Source: Bacteroidota bacterium (GTDB taxonomy: Bacteria > Bacteroidota > Bacteroidia > Bacteroidales > FEN-979). From it: a stretch of DNA of 64,000 bases. A program made the translations under genes and the position numbers. The stretch covers positions 68,557 to 132,556 of the forward strand of contig JAPLDI010000015.1 of assembly GCA_026391795.1 (NCBI GenBank), in the 5' to 3' direction. The first letter of the stretch is position 1. Every line of letters begins with the position of its first letter. The notes beneath the pieces were generated by a model. The model saw only the letters and a list, made by a program, of their open reading frames with translations. It did not search any database and was not told where the DNA came from. Positions 56,017-64,000 of this stretch are shown one piece after another.

Positions 56017-56583
56017 ATGTTCAACCTCATTCTCTTTGGTCCCCCGGGAGCCGGAAAAGGGACACAGGCAGTAAAGATTGCAGAAAAGTACGGCTGGGTG
56101 CATGTATCCACGGGTGATATACTCAGATCGGAAGTGAGCCAGGGAACTCCCCTGGGTCTCAAAGTAAAGGCGGTCATGGAAGCCGGAACCCTGGTCTCCG
56201 ATGAACTGCTGATCGAGATCATGGAATCGGTTTTCAGGAAGAACAGCAAAGCAGGTGGATTTGTACTTGACGGATTTCCCCGTACGCTGAAGCAGGCAAA
56301 GGAACTCGAAGGTATGCTGGAAAAACTGGGAACGAAAGTTTCCCTTGTTCTTTCGCTTGAAGTTGAAAGCGAAGAACTGGCGAAACGGATGCTTAAACGA
56401 GCCCAGGAACAGGGACGGAAGGATGACACCGAAGAGGTGATCAAAAACCGCCTGGTTCAGTATCATCAGCATACAAAGCCGCTGATCGAATATTATGAAT
56501 CGAAAAACCTGTTGAAAAATCTGATGGGGATGGGGACCATTGAGGATATATTTGAGTCGTTATGCAGGGAAATTCCTGTTTAA
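56017..56583 (+). CDS. adk: adenylate kinase (short-lid type)
   Basis: FGPPGAGKGTQA, GDILR, and GFVLDGFPRT. Confidence 0.95.
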   Translation: MFNLILFGPPGAGKGTQAVKIAEKYGWVHVSTGDILRSEVSQGTPLGLKVKAVMEAGTLVSDELLIEIMESVFRKNSKAGGFVLDGFPRTLKQAKELEGMLEKLGTKVSLVLSLEVESEELAKRMLKRAQEQGRKDDTEEVIKNRLVQYHQHTKPLIEYYESKNLLKNLMGMGTIEDIFESLCREIPV

Positions 56584-56625
56584 CCGGAGGTATCATTTCA
56601 TGATCATAGGGAGGGTGTAAAGGAA

Positions 56626-57633
56626 ATGGCGGAATCGAACTTTGTAGACTATGTAAAGATCTTCTGTAAATCAGGTCACGGAGGACCGGGTTCGGCGCAT
56701 TTTCTGCGCACGCGTGGGGTTCCGCATGGTGGTCCGGATGGAGGCGACGGCGGCAGGGGAGGACATATCATCCTGAAAGGGAACAAGCAGTTATGGACCC
56801 TTCTCCACCTTAAATACACAAAGCATCTTCGTGCAGAAGACGGTGAAAACGGTGCGAAGCAACTCCGGCATGGTGCGAATGGTGACGATGTTATCATCGA
56901 AGTTCCGCTGGGCACCGTTGCCAGGGACGCAGAGACCGGAAAGCATGAATGTGAGATCACCGAAGACGGCCAGATGGTCATCCTGGTGCCGGGAGGCAGA
57001 GGCGGTCTTGGAAACGATCATTTTAAATCCGCTACATTTCAGTCCCCGAAATTTGCCCAGCCCGGTGAAGAAGGCATTGAAAGCTGGAAAATCCTTGAAT
57101 TAAAACTTCTTGCCGATGTCGGACTGGTTGGATTTCCGAATGCCGGGAAATCGACCCTGTTATCGGTGATATCCGCAGCCAAACCCCAGATTGCCGATTA
57201 TCCCTTCACCACGCTCGTTCCCAACCTGGGAATCGTTCCGCTGGAAGGCAAAAAATCCTTCGTTATGGCTGACATCCCTGGAATCATTGAAGGCGCCCAT
57301 GAAGGAAGGGGCCTCGGATTAAGGTTCCTGCGGCACATTGAACGAAATTCCATCCTTCTTTTTATGATTCCGGTCGACAGTTCCGATATCCTTAAGGAAT
57401 ATGAGATCCTGCTGAATGAGCTCCGGCAGTTCAATCCTGAATTACTTGATAAGGCCAGGGTACTTGCTGTTACGAAGTCGGATCTGGCGGATGCTGAAAT
57501 CACCCGTGAACTGAAAAAAGAATTACCGGATGTTCCCTGGGTGTTCATCTCCTCGCATAAAAAACTGGGGCTCGACAAACTGAAGAAGATGATCTGGGAC
57601 GAACTCAACCGGACTAACAGCGAATATTTTTGA
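56626..57633 (+). CDS. obg: GTPase Obg/CgtA
   Basis: [21 protein letters not shown], Gly-rich Obg fold, and G motifs [13 protein letters not shown] and TKSD. Confidence 0.95.
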   Translation: MAESNFVDYVKIFCKSGHGGPGSAHFLRTRGVPHGGPDGGDGGRGGHIILKGNKQLWTLLHLKYTKHLRAEDGENGAKQLRHGANGDDVIIEVPLGTVARDAETGKHECEITEDGQMVILVPGGRGGLGNDHFKSATFQSPKFAQPGEEGIESWKILELKLLADVGLVGFPNAGKSTLLSVISAAKPQIADYPFTTLVPNLGIVPLEGKKSFVMADIPGIIEGAHEGRGLGLRFLRHIERNSILLFMIPVDSSDILKEYEILLNELRQFNPELLDKARVLAVTKSDLADAEITRELKKELPDVPWVFISSHKKLGLDKLKKMIWDELNRTNSEYF

Positions 57634-58217
57634 CCGGATTCCTGGATCATATCGACCAAACCCTTTTTCTTTTCCTCAATGGAATCAACAATCCTTTTTT
57701 CGACCGGGTTATCTTCGGTGCAACAAAAGGGTTGATCTATGTTCCCCTTTACCTCTATTTTCTTCTTTTTGTGATCCGGAAATATAAATGGAATACCTTG
57801 TGGATTCTTGTTTTCGCAACCCTGATGATCCTTGCCAGCGACCAGTTGTCGAACCTGGTCAAAGACTCCGTACAGAGATTGCGCCCTTCAAGGCAGCCGG
57901 GACTCGTGGTTCATATCGTTGAAGCCTATAAGGGAGGGACCTTCGGATTCTATTCCGCACATGCAACCAATACTTTTTGCGTGGTCGTATTCCTGATCGT
58001 TACCCTGGGTAAAAAATACTGGTATGTTATTCTTCCTGCTGTTTGCTGGTCGCTGTTAATGTCATATTCACGTATTTACCTGGGAGTTCATTACCCGGGA
58101 GATATTCTTGCAGGATGGATTGCGGGAGGATTGATCGGGTACCTTTTCGGGATGGGTGTCCGGAAAACGATGGAGGTGATGAGAAAGGAGAAACCTAAGA
58201 ATCAGGTTGATTCGTAG
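57630..58217 (+). CDS. PAP2 family phosphatase (undecaprenyl-diphosphatase-like)
   Basis: [16 protein letters not shown], and [12 protein letters not shown] acid-phosphatase motifs. TTG start overlapping the obg stop. Confidence 0.82.
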   Translation: MTGFLDHIDQTLFLFLNGINNPFFDRVIFGATKGLIYVPLYLYFLLFVIRKYKWNTLWILVFATLMILASDQLSNLVKDSVQRLRPSRQPGLVVHIVEAYKGGTFGFYSAHATNTFCVVVFLIVTLGKKYWYVILPAVCWSLLMSYSRIYLGVHYPGDILAGWIAGGLIGYLFGMGVRKTMEVMRKEKPKNQVDS

Positions 58218-58235
58218 ATTAATTCACGCACATTT

Positions 58236-58308
58236 CCTTTGTGACCTTTGTGAAAACCCTTTGTGTTTCTTTGTGGTTAAGAAATTTTATCACAAATACG
58301 CACAAAAG
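58236..58308. repeat. CTTTGTG x4 direct repeats followed by two inverted CACAAA(A)G copies
   Basis: CCTTTGTG at 58236, 58245 and 58258, CTTTGTG at 58269, CACAAA at 58291 and CACAAAAG at 58301. It lies between convergent genes. Confidence 0.85.
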
Positions 58309-58320
58309 TAAGGGACGGCT

Positions 58321-58986
58321 TTAATCCGAAAATTTGTAATTAAGCCCGACATTCAAGATCCCGTAAGACCCGAACCCGAATTCAAGAAATCCTCCGAAGG
58401 CACGTCCAAACCTCAGTCCCATCAGGGTAAGCTGGCCTCCCGGATAGAGTTTCCGTTCGTTTGTCTGCTCGCCATTGGCAAGGGCCTTGCCGAAATCGAT
58501 GGTGAGACCAAGTCCGACTCCTGAATACATTCGGATAAAAGGTTTGTTAAGATAGCAGAAGGTCACCCTGGCAATCCCCGTCACCAGCTGGTCGGTGGCT
58601 TTGATATTTATTAACGAATCACTGCCATAGTTGGTGATATGTCCCGTTCCCGTATAACTGAAATTCTGATACCCGAATAAAAATCCGACCGAAACCACCT
58701 TGTTCAGGGTGCGGGCATAGCCCAGGAAAAAGGTCCCGGGTGAGGAAGCCTGATCGGGAAACTTCGTGTTTGAATATTTATTCTCTGTCGGATAATCATT
58801 ACTGTGTGCCATTCTTCCGGTGAAATAGAAGATGGAAAGCGCCCCGTAGCCAGCGTAAATATCATTGTACAGCGTTGCCTGGGAGGTCTTTGCGGGTGGT
58901 TTTGCTGTTGTTTCAGTGTTTTGGGAAAAGAGAGGAGATGAACACATCAGCAAAAAAATCATGAACAGGGAAACGGAATTTTTCAT
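58321..58986 (-). CDS. small outer-membrane beta-barrel protein
   Basis: Signal peptide (...SSPLFSQ), alternating Gly/aromatic strands, and a C-terminal ...GLNYKFSD. Confidence 0.65.
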   Translation of the reverse strand: MKNSVSLFMIFLLMCSSPLFSQNTETTAKPPAKTSQATLYNDIYAGYGALSIFYFTGRMAHSNDYPTENKYSNTKFPDQASSPGTFFLGYARTLNKVVSVGFLFGYQNFSYTGTGHITNYGSDSLINIKATDQLVTGIARVTFCYLNKPFIRMYSGVGLGLTIDFGKALANGEQTNERKLYPGGQLTLMGLRFGRAFGGFLEFGFGSYGILNVGLNYKFSD

Positions 58987-59034
58987 ATTTACATTTTTAG
59001 GTGTAACAATGAATCAGTCAGGTAAAAATACAAA

Positions 59035-62000
59035 TTATTCAAGAGGGATACTGTCTTTCAGTGATTTTTTATAAAGCAACCTCAGGAAAGTCGGGAAAAC
59101 AAACAGGAGCAGGGGCATGGCCATGATAAATCCGCCGATCACGGCAATGGCAAGCGGCTGCTGCATCTGGGCCCCGATGCCGATGCCCAGAGCCAGGGGT
59201 AAGAGTGCGAGGATTGCACCTATCGCTGTCATCAGTTTTGGCCGTATCCGTAAGGAGATAGCATACCGGATCGACTGATCCACATTGCCTGTGTTCTTCA
59301 GGGTCGTCATAAACTGGTTGACGGTAAAAATGGCATTTTCCGCAATGATCCCTACAATCATGATAATCCCGGTATAGCTGGCAACATTCAGCTGAATCCC
59401 GGAGACAAACAATGCCCAGATGCTGCCGCAAATGCCGGCAATGGAAATGAAAATGACCAGGAACGTGATCTTCAGGTTCCTGAATAGGAACAGCAACACG
59501 GCAAACACCAGCAATATCGCTGCGATCAGGATCAACAGCAGCTCACGGAAGGAAGATTGCTGTTCGGCATAGGTCCCACCGAAAACGATGTAGGTGCCGG
59601 GAGGAAGAAGAAGGTTTTTTCCGATTGTGGATTTTATTTCCGGGATGGCACCTCCAAGGTCACGGCCATCCAGCCGGGCAGTAACGACTACATTCGATTT
59701 CAGATTTTCGCGGGTGATGTCGGGATCTCCGGCAGATAATTCAACCCTTGCAAAATATTGGAGTGGACGGAAGGTCCCGTCAGGAGCAAAGATCAGTTGC
59801 TTTTTGATCTTCTCCAGGCTGTTCTCCCTGAAACCGGTAAAACGCATCAGGATCCTGATCATCTGCTCGCCTTCCTGCACTTCACCCACCTCCAACCCTT
59901 CATTGCAGGCCCTGATCTGGGTCTGGAATTCAGCCGGTGAGAGATTGAATTGTGCCAGTCTGGAAGGATCCGGGTCAATGGTAATGGTAGGACCATCGAC
60001 AATAATCCCACTCTGAACATCGGCAACTCCCGGGATCCTGTTCAGAATATCCCGTGTCTTGTAGGCCAGTGACCTCAATTGTACAAGATCATCTCCGAAA
60101 ATTTTAATCTCAACCGGTTGAGGTCGCCCGATCAGGTCGCCAAGGAGATCTGCTATCCTCTGCCCGAATTCAATTGTAAGTGCGGGCTCCCTTGAGGCTA
60201 CCTCCTGTCTCAGTTCCGAGATCACCTCTTCCGTTTTCTTCTTTGTTCCCTTTTTCAGCTGGATGAGGTAATCCCCTTCATTCGGAGGAATCACACCGGT
60301 TGCCATGCTGATGCTTGAAGCCATGTTAGTACCGGTACGCCTCATGTAAGTGGAAACGTCGGGGTGTTTCATCACGACGGTATCGACCTGACGGAGTATA
60401 GCGTCCGATGCATCCAGAGAGGTTCCAGGGGGTGACAGATAATCGAGAACGATTGACCCTTCATCAAGAACCGGGAGGAATCCGGTCTTAAGCTGATTGA
60501 TCAGGAAGACAGAGGAAATCCCAAGTGCCAGGACAAATACAATGGCGAACACAGGTTTGTCAAAGAACCAGATCAGCCAGGATAGCCTTGATTTGTTTTC
60601 CGGAACCGTCTTCCTTGACAGGAATGCAAATTTCCTATGGGGTCGGTAGCCGAATAACAAGTGAAGTGCTGGCAATCCGAGCCACGTGGAAAGAAAAGAA
60701 CAAACAAGCGTGATCTCCATTGTCAGTGTAAGCTCTTTGAAGAAACTTCCGGCGACCCCGCTCATCATAACAAAAGGAAAGAAAATGACGATGGTACTCA
60801 GAGAGGAGCCCACCATTGCCGGGAATAGACTGTGGATTGTTTCTTTTACTACAGCATGTTTTTCCTTGTCCGGGTTTTCCTCATGGATCCTGTGGATCTG
60901 TTCGATCACAACGATGGCATCGTCGATGATGAGTCCGATGGATGCGGCAATTGCCCCAAGCGACATGATGTTCAGCGTGATGCCACAAATGTACAGAACC
61001 GCAAAAGTAAATGCCAGTGTCACCGGGATGATGAGAATTACGCTCATGCTTGCACGGAACGATCGCAGGAAGATAATGACTACCAGGATAGCAAGAATAA
61101 GGCCTTCATAAATGCACTCAAGAACACTGTCGATGGAACTGGATACAAAGGCTGACTGGTCGTAATAGGGTTTGAGATAAATACCCTGGGGAAGCTGGTT
61201 CCGGATCTCCCCTGCCTTCTGTTTTACATTGGCTGCAAAATCGATCAGGTTCACCCCTTTTTGCTTGACCAGGTCAATAATAACTGCATCCCGGCCATTG
61301 GCATTGATCCGGATGAATTCCTGCTGCTCCTGGATGTCGATAGTGGCAATATCAGATAGGAGAATGACCCGGTGTCCGTCGTTCCGGATCACAACTTTCT
61401 TCAGTTCTTCCAGCGTCTTGATCCTGGAATCGGTCAGGGAAAGATAGAGCCGGTGGTAATCTGCAAGAAGGCCATTCGACTCAACGAAATTGGTGCTTCC
61501 CAGGGCCGTCGTGATCTGCTGGGGCGTGATACCGAGTGCGGCCATCTGCACCTGCGACCATTGAAAATTGGGGCCGAACAAGGTAGAGCGCATTCTTTTT
61601 CAGTTCAACCTGGCCGAACGAATTGCTTTCAAGGGTGTACCCGATCACGGGATAGATATTCTGGCCCATGGCCTCCACCACAATATTAACGTTCGGCGGC
61701 AGCTGGTTCTTGATCTCGGCAATCCTCGATTCAAGCTGTGTTTTCGTACTCTGGATATCAATGTCCCAGGTGAAGAACGCTTCGATAATACAACTGCCTC
61801 GATTGGTGCTGCTTCTGACGAGGTTGATGCCGTTTACCCTTTTGATCGCTATCTCCAGTGGTTTGGTTACCGTGATCATCATTTTATCCACCGGCTGCTC
61901 CCCGTTATCGGCAATCACCGTTATTTTCGGAAAAACCACATCGGGGAAAAGCGAAGTCTGCATTTTGTGGTAGGACCAGAGTCCGACCAGCAAAGCCATC

Positions 62001-62056
62001 AACAGAACGAACAGGATGGGTTTGTGAAAGATTCGGTAATAACGGTGTTCCGGCAT
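59035..62056 (-). pseudogene. RND efflux permease (AcrB/CzcA superfamily) interrupted by a frameshift/short deletion
   Basis: The N-terminal 191-aa ORF (61481-62056) and the C-terminal 852-aa ORF (59035-61593) together make a ~1040-aa RND pump but lie in different frames. The frames swap near 61549, between ...LVRPQFSMVAG and VQMAALGITPQQI. Confidence 0.75.
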
Positions 62057-62076
62057 AGAAGGAATTGGATTTTCGG

Positions 62077-63000
62077 CTATTCAATTTTCTTTGTAACGAC
62101 CACCCTCACGGTGTCACCCAGTCCGTAGTTCCCGGAAGCCAGGAAAAGATCGGAAGGTGAAAACAGGGGGGAGGTGATCTCGATGTCGGTGGCACTGCTG
62201 AGCCCTGTGGTAACCGGGACTTTGACTGCCATGGTATCATTGATCATCTTCATAACCCAGAAATGTTGCATGACTTCATCGGTAAGAATACAGGATTTGT
62301 TCAGCAGCACGGCTTTCGGGATGATCCGTTTAAGAATCCTGACCTTTGCGATCAGGTTTTCGGGAATATTTATGGATTCAGAAGGACGAACAATGTACCG
62401 TTGCGTTTGTGATCCCGGGGTCATGGAAGGAAGCCGTGACGATATCCTCCCGCTCAGGAGATGTCCGTCGGGTAAAGAAATTTCGCAGGTAGAAGCTACT
62501 TTAACAAACGAACCTGCTTCATACGGAACATCGAGAAGAAATACAAAACTTGACGGGACTGCAATGGTTGCCAGCTGATCGCCTTCCTGAACGAAATCCC
62601 CCACGGGATGATCGATCGAGAGAATGATGCCGTCGAGGTTGGCTTTGATTGTGATAAGTCCTGAGAAAGAATAGGGGTTAAGGGAGCCGCTTTGCAGGGC
62701 TGCAGACTCTTTTGTGCGGAGTTTGAACAATATTTCACTCTTCTTCACCTTGTCGCCAAGGGCAACCGTCATCCCATCCACATACCCTGCCGTGGGAGAT
62801 TTAATGACCGATCGTACAAGGAACGAAGTAGTGGCATTCAGTTCCAGATAATCAGCCATTTCAGCAATACGGATTGTCTCAACGGTGACAGGTACTTTCG
62901 CCTGTATCTCCTTCTCCGCCTCGTTCTGCCTTCCACTGCAACCCGCCAGGAGAAATAAGAACGGCACGGCTATAAGTATGCTGGTTCGTTTCCTTTTCAT
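62077..63000 (-). CDS. RND efflux periplasmic adaptor (membrane fusion protein)
   Basis: Lipoprotein signal (LLAGCSG), a short hairpin plus barrel-sandwich pattern, and its position between the tolC-like and RND genes. Confidence 0.8.
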   Translation of the reverse strand: MKRKRTSILIAVPFLFLLAGCSGRQNEAEKEIQAKVPVTVETIRIAEMADYLELNATTSFLVRSVIKSPTAGYVDGMTVALGDKVKKSEILFKLRTKESAALQSGSLNPYSFSGLITIKANLDGIILSIDHPVGDFVQEGDQLATIAVPSSFVFLLDVPYEAGSFVKVASTCEISLPDGHLLSGRISSRLPSMTPGSQTQRYIVRPSESINIPENLIAKVRILKRIIPKAVLLNKSCILTDEVMQHFWVMKMINDTMAVKVPVTTGLSSATDIEITSPLFSPSDLFLASGNYGLGDTVRVVVTKKIE

Positions 63001-63034
63001 AATTCCGGATTCATTATTCGTATTTTATTTCGTC

Positions 63035-63056
63035 AATTCGCATTTCGCCAATTCGC
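63035..63056. repeat. imperfect heptamer array AATTCGC/ATTTCGC/(C)AATTCGC
   Basis: Read directly in the 62-nt tolC-MFP spacer. Further ATTCG/ATTTCG words lie at 63015-63032. Confidence 0.65.
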
Positions 63057-63062
63057 TATCTA

Positions 63063-64000
63063 TTATTGGTAATAGTTGATCTCATTCTCCGTCTGAAGAA
63101 CCCTTATCTCATATTCATTAAGACTTTTTCTCACGGAAAGGTAATTCCGGATGGCGATCAGGTACTCCATAATTGAACCGGAACCATTCATGACCAGCTC
63201 CTTCATCTGGGTAACAAGAAGCTTTGAATTTGCGACTTGCAATTTCGCGGTCGGAATCAGCGCCCGGGTCTGTCCCAGTTCATCCCTGAGCTGTTGCAAC
63301 TGCTGGGAGTACTCCCGTTTGAAGGCTTCTGAATACCCGGTACGGATGTCTTCTTCACTCTTCAGCTTCTGCCTGTTCAGCTTCCTCTGGTTGCCATCAT
63401 AAACAGGCAAAGTAAAGTTCAGTCCCAGGCTGAGCCCGAAATTCTGGTAGATCACACTGGGTTCATTGTTGATCAGCCCTGCATCTGAAAACCAACTAAC
63501 AGAAGGTTTGTAGTTCCGGTCAAGAAGTTTGTTTTCATTACTGATCCGGAGACTGTCAAGATAAAAGCGAAGGAACAGGGGAGAAGTTTTATTGACGACA
63601 GGTACAGGAATTTCAAGTTCAGGTTTTACGGGAATAAAAACTGCTGTATCGGTTATCCCGCAAAGTACATAAAGATCCGAGATCTTCCGGCGGAATTGAA
63701 AGGTCAGCTCTCTGGCCTGGATCTCCTCGCCCTGCAGCGCAATCATGAATGAGAGGAAATCGGATTGCTTGTAGATCCCGTTTTCAGTAAGTGATTTTAA
63801 AATTTTTTCCTGCTCCCTGCCAAATGTAAGAATTTCCTGGCCGGCAATGATATCGGTATAAACCGACAACGCATCGAGATAGGTGGCGGTGATCGCTTTT
63901 TTCAGGCTTGTCTCGGTAAGCCGGAGCGTATTCGACAAAGATTGCTTCTGGAGATCCGTTCTGAGCAGGTTTGCCTCAATGGATTTTTTATTGAAGATCT
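63063..64000 (-). CDS. TolC family outer-membrane efflux protein, C-terminal part (5' end outside window)
   Basis: The frame stays open to the window edge; the codon shown as M at 63938 is an internal TTG. It shows a coiled-coil/beta repeat pattern and is the first gene of the tolC-MFP-RND operon. Confidence 0.75.
   Translation of the reverse strand, partial: IFNKKSIEANLLRTDLQKQSLSNTLRLTETSLKKAITATYLDALSVYTDIIAGQEILTFGREQEKILKSLTENGIYKQSDFLSFMIALQGEEIQARELTFQFRRKISDLYVLCGITDTAVFIPVKPELEIPVPVVNKTSPLFLRFYLDSLRISNENKLLDRNYKPSVSWFSDAGLINNEPSVIYQNFGLSLGLNFTLPVYDGNQRKLNRQKLKSEEDIRTGYSEAFKREYSQQLQQLRDELGQTRALIPTAKLQVANSKLLVTQMKELVMNGSGSIMEYLIAIRNYLSVRKSLNEYEIRVLQTENEINYYQ

Noticed and set aside
61481-61593. 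Programmed ribosomal frameshift as the explanation for the two-frame RND pump.
   Set aside because: There is no slippery heptamer or stimulatory structure at the junction. About 20 or more residues that RND pumps normally carry between the flanking motifs appear to be missing, which a frameshift would not restore.
1-64000. Scan for tRNA, rRNA, tmRNA, transposase/integrase genes, toxin-antitoxin pairs and defence genes.
   Set aside because: I saw no GGTTCGAATCC-type T-arm words in spacers and no spacer long enough for rRNA. Every ORF over 100 aa on the coding path has a housekeeping or envelope assignment. An Infernal/tRNAscan run would be needed to be certain about small RNAs.

Overview
This is a gene-dense 64-kb chromosomal segment with about 57 protein genes. 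By eye I found no rRNA, tRNA, CRISPR array, transposase, integrase or phage genes. The taxon signal is clearly Bacteroidota: there is a complete porP-gldK-gldL-gldM-gldN type IX secretion (T9SS) / gliding-motor operon (14.3-20.4 kb) with a SprE/PorW-like TPR lipoprotein 5 kb upstream, TAnnTTTG -7 promoter boxes, almost no Shine-Dalgarno sequences, and the conserved sigma-54 activator-lptE-hyp-secG-groES-groEL block. The rest is housekeeping: galE/rfbB, fabD, folE plus an animal-type PTPS, dxr-rseP, recG, pheT, rlmN, adenine deaminase, yebC, ackA, kdsB, trmB, an S46 dipeptidyl peptidase, methylmalonyl-CoA mutase mutAB, purE, hpt, adk, obg, and a tolC-MFP-RND efflux operon at the 3' edge. ackA plus mutAB suggests a fermentative, propionate-forming lifestyle. 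I do not see a convincing entirely new multi-gene system such as a defence island or mobile element; this looks like core genome. Six things are worth a second look. (1) A family of period-7 micro-repeats sits exactly at gene boundaries, and the two perfect 3x arrays place a stop codon in all three frames of the local coding strand. (2) A CTTTGTG direct/inverted repeat cluster lies between convergent genes. (3) The RND pump is split by what looks like a short internal deletion plus frameshift, while its partner genes are intact. (4) A bactofilin / AtpZ-like / small membrane protein / beta-barrel OMP array sits next to sprE and has no atp operon attached. (5) A mammalian-type (C-x5-HGH) PTPS is coupled to folE. 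(6) There are a domain-minimal sigma-54 activator and an orphan REC-coiled-coil-HTH regulator. All functional calls come from motifs I recognise in the translations; no searches were run.
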